Assembly (NCBI GenBank): GCA_963600825.1
Contig: CAVCCW010000001.1
Span: forward strand, 4,841 to 68,840
Length of the DNA stretch: 64,000 nt
Direction: 5' to 3'
Source of the DNA: Bacteroidaceae bacterium
GTDB taxonomy: Bacteria; Bacillota; Clostridia; Oscillospirales; Acutalibacteraceae
A program made the translations under genes and the position numbers. Positions 42,746 to 53,248 of this stretch are shown in pieces. The first letter of the stretch is position 1; every line of letters begins with the position of its first letter. The notes under the pieces are model-generated. The model worked only from the letters and a program-made list of their open reading frames with translations, did not search any database and was not told the origin of the DNA.

Positions 42746-42974
42746 ATGAAATTGTCTCCTTTGCTACTGCTCCCAAATGGGATGCAATGCGTATTGGCGA
42801 TGCAGTCATCGCGCCCCCCATGATAGCGTGTACTATTATATTTTGTCAAATATGAATAATTATGCTGCCGTTAAGCCTTTTTTCTTACTTTTATTTCATT
42901 ATTACATTGATTATTACATATTTATGTGCGTATAATACAGGCATACTATAAATTTTGAATTAGGGGGATTATTC

Positions 42975-43835
42975 ATGAAAAGCGTAAAGAAGATTTTAGC
43001 TCTTATCATGGTCCTTGCAATGACCGTTGCATTTGCCGCTTGCGGCGGATCGGATGACAGTAGCTCGCAGAAGGTAAAATTGATTAACATTGCATTGACC
43101 GAAGAAGAATATGCTTATGGTGTTAATAAAGATGAACCGGAACTGCTGGCACAGCTGAATGACTTTGTTCAGAAGAGCAAGGAAGACGGCACTCTGGAAG
43201 AAATCATGAACCACTATTTTGGCGATGGTACTCCGGTCGGTGTTGAACTTGGCACAGAAGATTCTGCTAAGGATCAGCTGATTATTGCTACCAACTGTGA
43301 ATTTGCTCCGTTTGAGTACCTGGACGGAAGCCTGGCTTATGGCGTTGACATGGAAATGATGAAAGCCTTTGCAGACTCCCTGGGCAAGGAACTGGTTATT
43401 AAGAACATGGAATTTGACTCTGTTCTGACCTTCATTGACGCCGGTTATGGCGATGTAGCTGCCACCGGTCTGACAAAGAATGAAGACAGAGAAAAGTATG
43501 TTACCTTCTCTGATTCTTACTATGATGCAAACCAAATGATTATTGTAAAGGAAAGCGATACTCGCTTTGACAACTGCAAGACCCTTGCTGACGTAGAAGA
43601 AGTTCTGAACGGTCTGGATTCCAGCACAAAGATTGGTGCACAGAATGGTACTACCGGTAAGCTTTACATTGAAGGCGATGAAGGCTTCGGCTTTGCTGGC
43701 CTGAAAGCTACCGCCATGGGTTACTCTAACGGCGCTCTTGCTGTACAGGATATGCTGAACGGAAATATTGATTTCGTTATCATTGATGAAGCTCCGGCTA
43801 AATCTTTGGTAGAAAAGTATAACGCTGTAGCATAA
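42975..43835 (+). CDS. amino-acid ABC transporter substrate-binding lipoprotein (SBP family 3)
   Basis: Lipobox LAMTVAFAACGG. SBP_bac_3-like body (..ATNCEFAPFEY..GYGVDMEM..GKL). Confidence 0.85.
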   Translation: MKSVKKILALIMVLAMTVAFAACGGSDDSSSQKVKLINIALTEEEYAYGVNKDEPELLAQLNDFVQKSKEDGTLEEIMNHYFGDGTPVGVELGTEDSAKDQLIIATNCEFAPFEYLDGSLAYGVDMEMMKAFADSLGKELVIKNMEFDSVLTFIDAGYGDVAATGLTKNEDREKYVTFSDSYYDANQMIIVKESDTRFDNCKTLADVEEVLNGLDSSTKIGAQNGTTGKLYIEGDEGFGFAGLKATAMGYSNGALAVQDMLNGNIDFVIIDEAPAKSLVEKYNAVA

Positions 43836-43897
43836 AGTATAAAATGCATGCCGGGGGAGGGAATACGTCCCCCGGCTTTTTTTAAAAGGATGTTGTT

Positions 43898-44608
43898 ATG
43901 AATAGTTGGGGCTTAAAATGGACCACCTTTGTGAACAGCTTCATAGGTAAGGAAGCGTACAAACAGGTCTTAGTCGGCTTGGAAAACACGGCTATCATTG
44001 CCGTTGGAGGACTTTTGATTGGTCTGGTAATTGGTACGCTGATTGCGGTTGTTCGGTTGCTTCCGCAAAAAAATGCAGGTACACGTGTCCTGAAACGGGT
44101 AGCTTCTGTTTATGTCGGCTTCTTCCGGGGTACGCCAATGGTAGTACAGCTGTTGCTTGGTTACTATGTATTGTTCCCGCTGCTCGGCATTCGGGGCGTG
44201 CAGGCACTGGTAGTTGCTGTTGTTATCTTCGGCATGAACTCAGGTGCTTACGTTTCAGAAATGATGCGTGGTGGTATCCTGTCTGTAGATTACGGACAGA
44301 CAGAAGCCGGCCGCGCCATTGGCCTGACCTATGGTCAGACCATGATAAAGATTGTCATCCCGCAGGCAGTCAAGAATATTATTCCGACGCTGGGTAATGA
44401 ATTTATTACCTTAATAAAGGAAACATCGGTAGTTGGCTACATCGCCTGTACGGATTTGTGCGTAGCATTCCGGAACATCGGCGCCAGCAACTATGAATTC
44501 ATGGTCCCGTACCTGGTTATGGCGGTTATGTATATCGTCATCATCCTGATTCTGACCCTGCTTGTAAATGCTTTGGAAAGGAGACTGCGGAAGAGCGATG
44601 CCAGATAA
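43898..44608 (+). CDS. amino-acid ABC transporter permease (HisMQ family)
   Basis: EAA-loop region (..[29 protein letters not shown]..). Confidence 0.9.
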   Translation: MNSWGLKWTTFVNSFIGKEAYKQVLVGLENTAIIAVGGLLIGLVIGTLIAVVRLLPQKNAGTRVLKRVASVYVGFFRGTPMVVQLLLGYYVLFPLLGIRGVQALVVAVVIFGMNSGAYVSEMMRGGILSVDYGQTEAGRAIGLTYGQTMIKIVIPQAVKNIIPTLGNEFITLIKETSVVGYIACTDLCVAFRNIGASNYEFMVPYLVMAVMYIVIILILTLLVNALERRLRKSDAR

Positions 44609-45551
44609 CATTATTTTAAGTGCAAGACACCTTTATAAAACCTTTCAGAAAGCGCAGGGCATGGTAATGGCATTGCAGGATGTCAGCTGTGACATTGCCA
44701 AAGGAGAACGGATTGCCATCATAGGTCCGTCCGGCTCCGGAAAGTCCACTTTCCTTCGCGCCCTGAACCTCCTTGGGGAACCCACCTACGGGGAAGTGTG
44801 GTTTGCGGACCAGCTCCTGACCCCGGCAGACCCATATCTGCACTGGGATGTTATGGAGGCCTCCAAAACCTATCAAAAACTGTATCCTTCCTTTGCGAGT
44901 CAGCACTCCGATTTGTCTCCGGAGGAGACCAGGGAAGCCCTGATTCAGAAAATTAAAGCGGAAGACCTGCTGCACGAAAAGCACGAAGGCCACGCTTATA
45001 AAGAAAAAATGAAGCAGATTGAAAAGGACCATACGTTGGATATTAACCAGGCTCGCCAAAGAATTGGCATGGTATTCCAGCATTTTAATCTGTATAACAA
45101 TATGACCATTCTGGAGAATGTAACGCTGGGGCCGACCAAGCTGTTGGGGCAGAAGCCGGAGGAGGCCAAGGCAAAAGCAATGGAACTGCTGGAGCGGGTC
45201 AACCTGGCCGACAAGGCTGAGGATTACCCGGGACAGCTGTCAGGCGGCCAGAAGCAGCGGATTGCCATTGTGCGGGCGCTTGCCATGAACCCGGAAGTCA
45301 TGCTCTTTGATGAGCCGACGTCTGCACTGGATCCGGAAATGGTTGGTGAAGTACTGGACGTTATGAAAGAACTGGCAGAGGAAGGCATGACCATGGTCAT
45401 TGTTACCCATGAAATGGGCTTTGCCCGCGAGGTGGCTTCCCGCGTGCTCTTTATGGCCGACGGCAAACTGGTGGAAGAAGGAACCCCGGTAGAAATCTTT
45501 GACAACCCGCAGTCGGAACGATTGCAAGATTTCCTGTCAAAGGTTCTGTAA
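44598..45551 (+). CDS. amino-acid ABC transporter ATP-binding protein with a ~65-aa insertion
   Basis: Walker [11 protein letters not shown]-loop MVFQHFNL, signature LSGGQKQR, Walker [11 protein letters not shown] and H-loop VTHEM. Start overlaps the permease stop. Confidence 0.9.
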   Translation: MPDNIILSARHLYKTFQKAQGMVMALQDVSCDIAKGERIAIIGPSGSGKSTFLRALNLLGEPTYGEVWFADQLLTPADPYLHWDVMEASKTYQKLYPSFASQHSDLSPEETREALIQKIKAEDLLHEKHEGHAYKEKMKQIEKDHTLDINQARQRIGMVFQHFNLYNNMTILENVTLGPTKLLGQKPEEAKAKAMELLERVNLADKAEDYPGQLSGGQKQRIAIVRALAMNPEVMLFDEPTSALDPEMVGEVLDVMKELAEEGMTMVIVTHEMGFAREVASRVLFMADGKLVEEGTPVEIFDNPQSERLQDFLSKVL

Positions 45552-45826
45552 GAATCTGTGCAAAATGTAAAGGCTGATTAACGTTTCGTAATCAAAACCT
45601 TGTCAAGCATTTCTTTTTCCGCAAATCGGAAGAAAATACCGAAAAAGCCATGGTTACGCCATAAAAAAATCTACTTTTGGACGGTTTCCACAGAGTTTTG
45701 AACATTTATCCTCAAAAAAATAATACGGAAAGTTGTATTTTTCCAAATTAGAACTAAAAATAGGGTATTGACACGAATAATCCGCGAAAACAAGCCAAAA
45801 ACACGGTTAACAAGTCCAAAAACAAG

Positions 45827-45878
45827 GCCGCGTCTGTGGGGAAACTCCCGCTGGACGCGGCTCTTTTGCTGCTTTTTT
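45827..45878 (+). terminator. intrinsic terminator-like hairpin in a long intergenic region
   Basis: GCCGCGTC...GACGCGGC stem (45827-45861) with an inner GGG/CCC pairing, followed by TCTTTTGCTGCTTTTTT. Confidence 0.6.
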
Positions 45879-46021
45879 CATAAATTGGCCATATTTTAAT
45901 ACAGATTGTTGTTAAACAAATTCAGCAAAAGTGTTTCACGCCATTTCCGGTTGTCCTTGGAACAGATAACGGATACAATGAATATCCGAGAAAGAGAAAG
46001 CTAACATAAGGAGGATTTTGT

Positions 46022-47278
46022 ATGGCGTCACCTTTGGCGGATCGCATTCGGCCGGAAACGCTGGACGACATTGTCGGACAGCAGCATCTTCTGGGCGAAG
46101 GCAAAGCGCTGCGCAACATTATTCAGTCCGGCTCCATCCCGAATTTGATTTTTTACGGGCCGTCCGGAACGGGAAAGACAACGGTTGCCAGCATGATTGC
46201 AAAACAAACCAATAAACGGTTATACCGTTTAAACGCTACCAATGCCTCCATTTCGGATATTAAGGATATGGTGTCGGAACTGAATACCCTGGCAGCGCCG
46301 AACGGGATATTGCTGTATTTGGATGAAATCCAATACTTTAATAAGAAGCAACAACAGAGCCTGCTGGAGTATCTGGAAAGCGGAGACATTACCATGATTG
46401 CCTCCACCACGGAAAACCCATACTTTTATGTATATAATGCGGTCATCAGCCGCTGCACGGTCTTTGAATTTAAGAGCGTCAGTGCAGTGGATATTGAAAA
46501 GGCCGTGCAGCGGGCCTTCCGCGTTTTAGCGGAAGAGAGCGGCGCGCCGTACCAATTGGAAGACGGCGTCAGCATGGCCATTGCCCGCGCCTCCGGAGGG
46601 GATGTGCGCAAATCCATCAATACAGTAGAGCTGTGTGCCCTGTCCTGCGGACCGGATGCTGTTATTACATTAGACCTGGTGGAACAGCTGACGCAGAAGT
46701 CCTCCATGCGGTACGACCGCGCCGGAGACGACCACTATGATATTTTAAGCGCTTTTCAAAAAAGCCTGCGGGGGTCGGACCCGGATGCCGCCCTGCATTA
46801 TCTGGCCAGACTCCTTTCTGCAGGAGACCTGCCATCCGCCATTCGGCGTCTGATGGTCTGTGCCTGCGAAGATGTCGGTCTGGCCTATCCACAGATCATA
46901 CCTATTGTAAAAAACGCTTGTGATATTGCTTTGCAGGTCGGCTTGCCCGAAGCCCGCATCCCTTTGGCGGACGCGGTGGTCCTTGTTGCCACCAGTCCGA
47001 AGTCCAACAGCGCGTACCTGGCGTACGGCGCTGCGGAAGCGGACGTGCAGTCCGGCAACTTCGGCGCCATCCCGCGCCGCCTGCAGAACAAGCACTTTGA
47101 CGGCGAAGACAATCCAAACAAGGGTCAGTTCTACGTTTACCCGCATGACTATCCCAACCACTGGGTAAAGCAACAATATTTGCCGGATGCCATTAAAGAT
47201 ACCGTTTATTACACGCCCGGTGAAAACAAGGTAGAGCAAGCGGCCAAAGCTTACTGGGATTCTATAAAAGGTAAATAA
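46022..47278 (+). CDS. rarA: replication-associated recombination protein A (AAA+ ATPase)
   Basis: LADRIRPETLDDIVGQQHLLG, Walker A GPSGTGKTT, DEIQYFNK and MgsA_C-type C-terminal domain. Confidence 0.9.
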   Translation: MASPLADRIRPETLDDIVGQQHLLGEGKALRNIIQSGSIPNLIFYGPSGTGKTTVASMIAKQTNKRLYRLNATNASISDIKDMVSELNTLAAPNGILLYLDEIQYFNKKQQQSLLEYLESGDITMIASTTENPYFYVYNAVISRCTVFEFKSVSAVDIEKAVQRAFRVLAEESGAPYQLEDGVSMAIARASGGDVRKSINTVELCALSCGPDAVITLDLVEQLTQKSSMRYDRAGDDHYDILSAFQKSLRGSDPDAALHYLARLLSAGDLPSAIRRLMVCACEDVGLAYPQIIPIVKNACDIALQVGLPEARIPLADAVVLVATSPKSNSAYLAYGAAEADVQSGNFGAIPRRLQNKHFDGEDNPNKGQFYVYPHDYPNHWVKQQYLPDAIKDTVYYTPGENKVEQAAKAYWDSIKGK

Positions 47279-47328
47279 AGCTATATTTTGCGTCCTCGGG
47301 GACGGGGACCGCAACATTTTGCGGATGA

Positions 47329-47357
47329 AACGGAGTGCAAAAACGCACTCCGTTTTT
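47329..47357 (+). terminator. intrinsic terminator after rarA
   Basis: AACGGAGTGC-AAAAAC-GCACTCCGTT followed by TTT. Confidence 0.8.
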
Positions 47358-47449
47358 GCGCGGTTTCTGCCTCCCGCATCTTTGTGAAAAGTGACAGAAC
47401 TGCGCCGGAAAACATTGTAAAAAAAGCAGAAATTTCTCAGAAAAAACTA

Positions 47450-47478
47450 TTGCATCAGGGGTATCGGTATGGTATATT
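47450..47478 (+). promoter_or_regulatory. candidate sigma-A promoter of the S10 operon
   Basis: TTGCAT, 17-nt spacer, TATATT, about 310 nt upstream of rpsJ. Confidence 0.5.
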
Positions 47479-47788
47479 TTTTAGGCACGTGAATTGGGCG
47501 TGTTGCGCCCAAAATCACGCAGAGATATGCGAAGATGCGGGAGGTGGCCGTCCCCGAGACGGGAAATTTCCGCGGAGTATGTCCGATTTTAAACCGGGCG
47601 AAACAAATAACGGCAAATCAATCTGACTCGCAAAAGATTGAACTGCCATGCTGTTTTGTCACCCGAAAGCAGAGCTGCTCACGAGCTTTAGCCTTCAGGT
47701 TTTTTAAATACTGACTGGGGAAACGCCCGGTTGGGTTTATAAAAGCAGCAATAAGCCCGCCATACTTATCACTCTAGGAGGAGTAAAA

Positions 47789-48100
47789 ATGGCAGTAAAA
47801 GAAAAGATCAGAATCAGACTCAAAGGCTATGATCACAACTTAGTTGACATCGCAGCCGAAAAGATCGTTGAAACCGCAAAGCGCACTGGCGCTAAGGTAT
47901 CCGGTCCTGTTCCCCTTCCTACTGAAAAGGAAATTGTTACCATCCTTCGTGCAACTCATAAGTACAAGGACAGCCGGGAACAGTTTGAGCAAAGAACCCA
48001 CAAAAGACTCATCGACATTCAGAGACCTTCCAACAAAACTGTTGAAGCTCTGACTGGTCTTGAGCTTCCTGCCGGTGTTGAAATCGAAATCAAGCTGTAA
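47789..48100 (+). CDS. rpsJ: 30S ribosomal protein S10
   Basis: Conserved S10 sequence ([11 protein letters not shown]..). AGGAGG RBS. First gene of the S10 operon. Confidence 0.97.
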   Translation: MAVKEKIRIRLKGYDHNLVDIAAEKIVETAKRTGAKVSGPVPLPTEKEIVTILRATHKYKDSREQFEQRTHKRLIDIQRPSNKTVEALTGLELPAGVEIEIKL

Positions 48101-48195
48101 AGCACACAGTTCTGACTACATCGCCAGAACGCAGATTTCATCCCGTAGGGTCATGTTGGCAAACGCCAACCAATAACCATTAGGAGGTAGTAATT

Positions 48196-48828
48196 ATGCA
48201 GAAAGGTCTTATCGGTAAGAAAATCGGTATGACACAGCTTTTTGACGAATCCGGAAAAGTTATCCCGGTAACCGTTGTAGAAGCTGGACCATGTACTGTT
48301 GTTCTCAAGAAGACAGAAGCTAATGACGGTTACAATGCCGTACAGCTTGGCTTCGGAGACGTTAAGGTACAGCGGGTTAACAAGCCTATGAAGGGTCAGT
48401 TTGACAAGGCTAATGTTGCCCCGAAGAAAGTTTTGAAAGAATTCAGACTGGATGATTGTGACAGCGTTAACGTTGGTGACATTCTGAAGGCTGATACCTT
48501 CGCCATCGGTGACAAGGTAGACGTCATCGGTACCAGCAAGGGTAAGGGAACCGCCGGTGCCATTAAGCGCTGGAACTTCTCCCGCCTGAAAGAAACCCAC
48601 GGTACCGGTCCTAATGCAAGGCACGCCGGTTCTCTGGGTGCCTGCTCGGATCCGTCCCGCGTATTCAAGGGAAAGAAATTAGCTGGTCATCTTGGTTCTG
48701 AACGCGTAACCATCCAGAATCAGGAAGTTGTTAAGGTAGATGTTGAAAACAACCTGATTGCCATCAAGGGTGCCATTCCGGGCCCGCGCGGCGGCATTGT
48801 TGTTCTCAGAGACACCGTAAAAGCATAA
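48196..48828 (+). CDS. rplC: 50S ribosomal protein L3
   Basis: Conserved L3 sequence; operon order. Confidence 0.97.
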   Translation: MQKGLIGKKIGMTQLFDESGKVIPVTVVEAGPCTVVLKKTEANDGYNAVQLGFGDVKVQRVNKPMKGQFDKANVAPKKVLKEFRLDDCDSVNVGDILKADTFAIGDKVDVIGTSKGKGTAGAIKRWNFSRLKETHGTGPNARHAGSLGACSDPSRVFKGKKLAGHLGSERVTIQNQEVVKVDVENNLIAIKGAIPGPRGGIVVLRDTVKA

Positions 48829-48844
48829 GAAGGAGGAGTAAGAC

Positions 48845-49468
48845 ATGCCTAGCGTAGCAGTTTATAGCGCAGCCGGTAAGAAAAACGGCACCATGGAACT
48901 GTCCGACAGCATCTTCGGCATTGAACCGAATATGTCCGTTGTTCACCTGGTTGTTGTAAATTACCTGGCAAATCAGCGTCAGGGTACACAGTCTACCCTC
49001 ACCCGCTCCGAAGTAGCCGGCGGCGGAAGAAAACCGTGGAGACAGAAGGGCACCGGTCGTGCTCGTCAGGGCTCCATCCGTGCACCACAGTGGAGACACG
49101 GCGGTATTGCTCTTGGTCCAAAGCCAAGAACTTACGGATTTGACGTAAACAAGAAAGTAAAGAAACTGGCCATGAAGTCCGTTCTTTCTGACAAGGTTGC
49201 AAATGATGCATTCCAGATTGTAGAAGAATTTGGTCTGAAAGACATTAAGACCAAGGACATGGTTAAGGTTCTTAGCGCACTGGGACAGACAAAGAAGACT
49301 CTCATCGTAACCGCTGAGAAGGACGACGTTGTTTACAAGAGCGCAAGAAATATTCAGGGCGTTAAAGTAAGCCCGGTAAACGCTATCAGCGTTTATGACA
49401 TCGTCAACAGCAACAAGGTTGTTATTGCCAAGGACGCTGTTGCTAAGCTTGAGGAGGTATATGCATGA
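48845..49468 (+). CDS. rplD: 50S ribosomal protein L4
   Basis: Conserved L4 sequence (..[19 protein letters not shown]..); operon order. Confidence 0.97.
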   Translation: MPSVAVYSAAGKKNGTMELSDSIFGIEPNMSVVHLVVVNYLANQRQGTQSTLTRSEVAGGGRKPWRQKGTGRARQGSIRAPQWRHGGIALGPKPRTYGFDVNKKVKKLAMKSVLSDKVANDAFQIVEEFGLKDIKTKDMVKVLSALGQTKKTLIVTAEKDDVVYKSARNIQGVKVSPVNAISVYDIVNSNKVVIAKDAVAKLEEVYA

Positions 49469-49761
49469 GCAAGGTAGCACAGGACATCATCCTCAAACCA
49501 ATTATTACAGAAGCCAGTATGGCAAACACTGCTCTGAAGAAGTACACCTTCAAAGTAGCCAAGGATGCCAACAAGATTGAAATTGCCAAAGCAGTTGAAG
49601 AACTGTTCGGCGTACAGGTTGCCAAGGTAAACACTCTGAACGTTCGCGGTAAGCAGCGCAGACAGGGCCGTTTCGTAGGCTACACTGCATCCTGGAAAAA
49701 AGCCATCGTAACCCTGACCGAAGACTCCAAGACCATCGAGTTCTTCGAAGGCATGATTTAA
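49465..49761 (+). CDS. rplW: 50S ribosomal protein L23
   Basis: Conserved L23 sequence; 4-nt overlap with rplD. Confidence 0.95.
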   Translation: MSKVAQDIILKPIITEASMANTALKKYTFKVAKDANKIEIAKAVEELFGVQVAKVNTLNVRGKQRRQGRFVGYTASWKKAIVTLTEDSKTIEFFEGMI

Positions 49762-49778
49762 GTTAGGAGGGAAAAGAA

Positions 49779-50612
49779 ATGGCAATTCGTGTTATCAAGC
49801 CGGTTACCAACGGCACAAGAAACATGTCCGTTACTGATTACTCCGAACTTTCTAAGGTTGCTCCGGAAAGAAGCCTGTTAGAGCCGCTTTCCAAGCACTC
49901 CGGTCGTAACAGTTACGGTAGAATTACCGTTCGCCACAGAGGCGGCGGAAACCGTAGAAAATATCGTGTCATTGACTTTAAGCGTCAGAAGTTTGATGTA
50001 CCTGCAAAGGTTATCACTCTGGAATATGACCCGAACCGCTCTGCCAACATTGCTCTCATCCAGTATGAAGACGGCGTAAAGAATTACATTCTTGCTCCGG
50101 TTGGCCTGAAGGTTGGAGACACCGTAGAAGCCGGCCCGAATGCAGACATCAAGCCGGGTAACGCACTTCCTATGGTAAACATTCCGGTTGGTACTTTCGT
50201 ACACAACGTAGAACTTTACCCGGGTCGCGGCGGTCAGTTCGCAAGAGCTGCCGGTAACGCTGCTCAGCTTATGGCAAAGGAAAATGGCAAAGCCCTTCTC
50301 CGTATGCCGTCCGGTGAACTTCGTAACGTGCCGGTTACCTGCATGGCCACAGTTGGTCAGGTTGGCAACACCGACCACGAAAACGTTAAGCTTGGTAAAG
50401 CAGGTCGTACCCGTCATAAGGGTATCCGTCCAACCGTTCGTGGTTCTGTCATGAACCCGAATGACCACCCGCACGGTGGTGGTGAAGGTAAGTCCCCGAT
50501 CGGCCGTCCGGGCCCTGTTACTCCGTGGGGTAAACCTGCACTGGGTTATAAGACGCGTAAGCACAACAAGAAGTCCGATAAGATGATCGTAAGACGTCGG
50601 AACGGCAAATAA
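49779..50612 (+). CDS. rplB: 50S ribosomal protein L2
   Basis: Conserved L2 sequence (..HPHGGGEGK..). Confidence 0.97.
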   Translation: MAIRVIKPVTNGTRNMSVTDYSELSKVAPERSLLEPLSKHSGRNSYGRITVRHRGGGNRRKYRVIDFKRQKFDVPAKVITLEYDPNRSANIALIQYEDGVKNYILAPVGLKVGDTVEAGPNADIKPGNALPMVNIPVGTFVHNVELYPGRGGQFARAAGNAAQLMAKENGKALLRMPSGELRNVPVTCMATVGQVGNTDHENVKLGKAGRTRHKGIRPTVRGSVMNPNDHPHGGGEGKSPIGRPGPVTPWGKPALGYKTRKHNKKSDKMIVRRRNGK

Positions 50613-50633
50613 TCGTGAAAGGAGTTATGCATC

Positions 50634-50909
50634 ATGAGTAGATCTTTAAAGAAAGGCCCATACGTGGAGCCGAAACTGCTCGCAAGAGTACAGAAGATGA
50701 ACGAAGCCGGTGAAAAGATCGTTTTGAAGACCTGGAGCCGTTCCTCCACTATCTTCCCAGATTTCGTTGGTCATACCTTCGCAGTTCACGACGGACGTAA
50801 GCACGTTCCCGTATACGTTACTGAGGACATGGTAGGACACAAACTCGGTGAATTCGCACCGACCAGAACATACAGGGGCCACGCAGGTTCCAAGACATCA
50901 GGCAAGTAA
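50634..50909 (+). CDS. rpsS: 30S ribosomal protein S19
   Basis: [11 protein letters not shown].. conserved S19. Confidence 0.97.
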   Translation: MSRSLKKGPYVEPKLLARVQKMNEAGEKIVLKTWSRSSTIFPDFVGHTFAVHDGRKHVPVYVTEDMVGHKLGEFAPTRTYRGHAGSKTSGK

Positions 50910-50923
50910 GGAGGGTGTAAATA

Positions 50924-51256
50924 ATGGAAGCAACTGCTAAGGTTACATTCGTAAGAATTGCACCTCGCAAGGTACAGATCGTTCTGGATCTGATCCGCAA
51001 CCAGCCGGCCGACAAGGCCATGGCTATTCTCAAGCACACCCCGAAAGCTGCAACAGAGGTTCTTGAGAAACTGTTAAAGTCCGCAATGGCAAACGCTGAG
51101 GTTAAGGGTATGGACATCAGCCGGCTTTACATTTCCGAATGTTATGTAAACCAGGGACCAACTCTGAAGCGTATGAGACCAAGAGCACAGGGACGTGCAT
51201 ATGGAATTGACAAGAAGACATCCCATATCACCATGGTGCTTAAGGAAGCAGAATAA
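50924..51256 (+). CDS. rplV: 50S ribosomal protein L22
   Basis: Conserved L22 sequence; operon order. Confidence 0.95.
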   Translation: MEATAKVTFVRIAPRKVQIVLDLIRNQPADKAMAILKHTPKAATEVLEKLLKSAMANAEVKGMDISRLYISECYVNQGPTLKRMRPRAQGRAYGIDKKTSHITMVLKEAE

Positions 51257-51273
51257 AGGAGGAGGTTGAAACA

Positions 51274-51945
51274 ATGGGACAGAAAGTTAACCCAACTGGA
51301 CTCAGAATTGGTGTTATCAAAGACTGGGAATCTCGCTGGTATGCCGGCAAGAACACTTTCGGTGACACACTGGTAGAAGACTACAATCTCAGAAAATACC
51401 TTCTTCAGACTCTGAAGCCAGCAGGCGTACCAAAAGTAGAAATTGAACGCGATGCAAAGCGCGTTCGCATTAATATCCACTGTGCAAAGCCGGGTATTGT
51501 TATCGGCCGCGGCGGTTCTGAAATTGAAAAGCTGAAAGCAGTATGTGAAAAGAAACTCGGCAAGCCGGTTTCCATTAACATTATTGAAATTAAGCAGCCG
51601 GACCTGGATGCACAGCTTGTTGCAGAAAACATTGCCGGTCAGCTGGAAAGACGTATTTCTTATCGTCGTGCCACTAAGCAGGCAATCGGCAGAACCATGA
51701 GACTGGGAGCCAAAGGTATTAAGGTACAGTGCGGCGGCCGTCTCGGCGGTGCTGAAATTGCACGTTCCGAAAGTTATCATGAAGGAACCATTCCTCTGCA
51801 GACCATCCGTGCAGACATTGACTACGGATTTGCAGAAGCTCATACCACCTATGGTGTTGTTGGTGTAAAAGTATGGATCTACAACGGTGAAGTACTGCAC
51901 AGCACCAAGAAGACCGGTGGTGCTAAGAAAGGGGGCAACAAATAA
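51274..51945 (+). CDS. rpsC: 30S ribosomal protein S3
   Basis: [13 protein letters not shown].. conserved S3 with a KH domain. Confidence 0.97.
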   Translation: MGQKVNPTGLRIGVIKDWESRWYAGKNTFGDTLVEDYNLRKYLLQTLKPAGVPKVEIERDAKRVRINIHCAKPGIVIGRGGSEIEKLKAVCEKKLGKPVSINIIEIKQPDLDAQLVAENIAGQLERRISYRRATKQAIGRTMRLGAKGIKVQCGGRLGGAEIARSESYHEGTIPLQTIRADIDYGFAEAHTTYGVVGVKVWIYNGEVLHSTKKTGGAKKGGNK

Positions 51946-52367
51946 TGCTGATGCCAAAAAGAGTGAAACACAGAAAGCAGCAGCGTGGTCGTATGACCGG
52001 TAAAGCCACTCGTGGCACCAAGGTCACTTACGGTGACTATGGTCTTGTTGCTCTGGAACCGGCATGGATCACCTCTGCTCAGATTGAAGCAGCCCGTGTT
52101 GCCATGACCCGTTACATCAAGCGTGGCGGTCAGGTTTGGATTAAGATCTTCCCTGACAAGCCAATCACCAAAACCCCGGCTGAAACCCGAATGGGTAAAG
52201 GTAAGGGTGCCGTAGAATACTGGGTAGCCGTTGTTAAGCCGGGCAGAGTTATGTTTGAACTTGCCGGCGTACCGGAAGAAACAGCTCGTGAGGCCATGCG
52301 TCTTGCAGCTAACAAGCTCCCCATCAAATGCAAGTTCGTAAAGAAAGAGGAGGGTGAACAGGAATGA
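51945..52367 (+). CDS. rplP: 50S ribosomal protein L16
   Basis: [11 protein letters not shown].. conserved L16. Confidence 0.97.
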   Translation: MLMPKRVKHRKQQRGRMTGKATRGTKVTYGDYGLVALEPAWITSAQIEAARVAMTRYIKRGGQVWIKIFPDKPITKTPAETRMGKGKGAVEYWVAVVKPGRVMFELAGVPEETAREAMRLAANKLPIKCKFVKKEEGEQE

Positions 52368-52567
52368 AAGCTTCTGAACTGAGAACACTGTCCGCCGCTG
52401 AACTTGACGCAAAGCTTGCCGAACTTCGGGACGAACTGTTTAAACTTCGTTTTCAGCAGGCAATCAACCAGCTTGAAAACCCATCCCGCATCAGTGCCGT
52501 TAAAAAGGACATCGCCCGCATCAAAACCATCCAGCGCGATGTAGAACTTCACGGCACGGAAGCCTAA
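52364..52567 (+). CDS. rpmC: 50S ribosomal protein L29
   Basis: Conserved L29 sequence (..[12 protein letters not shown]..); overlaps rplP by 4 nt. Confidence 0.95.
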   Translation: MKASELRTLSAAELDAKLAELRDELFKLRFQQAINQLENPSRISAVKKDIARIKTIQRDVELHGTEA

Positions 52568-52587
52568 GGAAAGAGAGGTTTGAAAGC

Positions 52588-52845
52588 ATGAGTGAAAGAA
52601 ATCTTAGAAAAACTCAGGTCGGCGTCGTAACCAGCGACAAAATGGATAAAACCGTTGTTGTTACTGTCAGAGACAGAGTACAGCATCCGCTTTATAAGAA
52701 GATTGTAAACCGCACCGTAAAGATCAAAGCCCATGACGAAAACAACGAATGCCACGTAGGTGACAGAGTTAAAATCATGGAAACCCGTCCTATCTCCAAG
52801 GATAAGAGATGGCGTGTAGCAGAGATCATTGAGAAGGCTAAGTAA
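52588..52845 (+). CDS. rpsQ: 30S ribosomal protein S17
   Basis: Conserved S17 sequence; operon order. Confidence 0.95.
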   Translation: MSERNLRKTQVGVVTSDKMDKTVVVTVRDRVQHPLYKKIVNRTVKIKAHDENNECHVGDRVKIMETRPISKDKRWRVAEIIEKAK

Positions 52846-52862
52846 TTAAGGAGGGAATCCCT

Positions 52863-53231
52863 GTGGTACAACAGCAAACACTCCTCAAGGTTGCCGACAA
52901 CTCTGGTGCAAAAGAAATCATGTGCATCCGTGTACTTGGCGGTACCGGGAGAAGATACGCCAACATCGGTGACGTCATTGTTGCTTCCGTAAAGAAAGCA
53001 CAGCCGGGCGGAGCCGTAAAGAAGGGCGAAGTAGTGAAGGCAGTTGTTGTTAGAACCAAGAAGGGCGTTCGTCGTGATGACGGCACCTACATTCGGTTTG
53101 ACGAAAACGCAGCTGTTCTGATTAAGGAAGATAAGAGTCCAAAAGGAACCCGTATTTTTGGGCCTGTAGCAAGAGAACTGAGAGGCAAGGACTTCACCAA
53201 GATTCTGTCCCTTGCTCCGGAAGTACTCTAA
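52863..53231 (+). CDS. rplN: 50S ribosomal protein L14
   Basis: GTG start. ..[20 protein letters not shown].. conserved L14. Confidence 0.97.
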   Translation: MVQQQTLLKVADNSGAKEIMCIRVLGGTGRRYANIGDVIVASVKKAQPGGAVKKGEVVKAVVVRTKKGVRRDDGTYIRFDENAAVLIKEDKSPKGTRIFGPVARELRGKDFTKILSLAPEVL

Positions 53232-53248
53232 TCTGGAGGTAAAAAAAT

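Noticed and set aside
42746-42860. Known riboswitch classes upstream of the ECF S-component (fluoride/crcB-like GGCGAUG..CGCC, THF-like CAUUGCAUCC, preQ1).
   Set aside because: The resemblances are short, partial strings. The leader (~65 nt) lacks the remaining conserved cores of these classes, and a fluoride element would not fit an ECF S-component. The region is reported only as an unassigned candidate structure.
45552-46021. 6S RNA (ssrS/bsrA-like) near rarA.
   Set aside because: I found no long-range 5'/3' complementarity. The only match is one 8-bp TTTTGGAC/GTCCAAAA pairing, which is compatible with chance, and there is no central-bubble architecture. The region is kept as an unexplained intergenic region rather than called as 6S.
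47288-47626. 112-aa plus-strand ORF between rarA and rpsJ.
   Set aside because: It reads straight through the rarA intrinsic terminator (47329-47357) and the predicted S10 promoter. It has no RBS and an Arg/Gly-rich nonsense-like composition. I treated the region as a non-coding leader.
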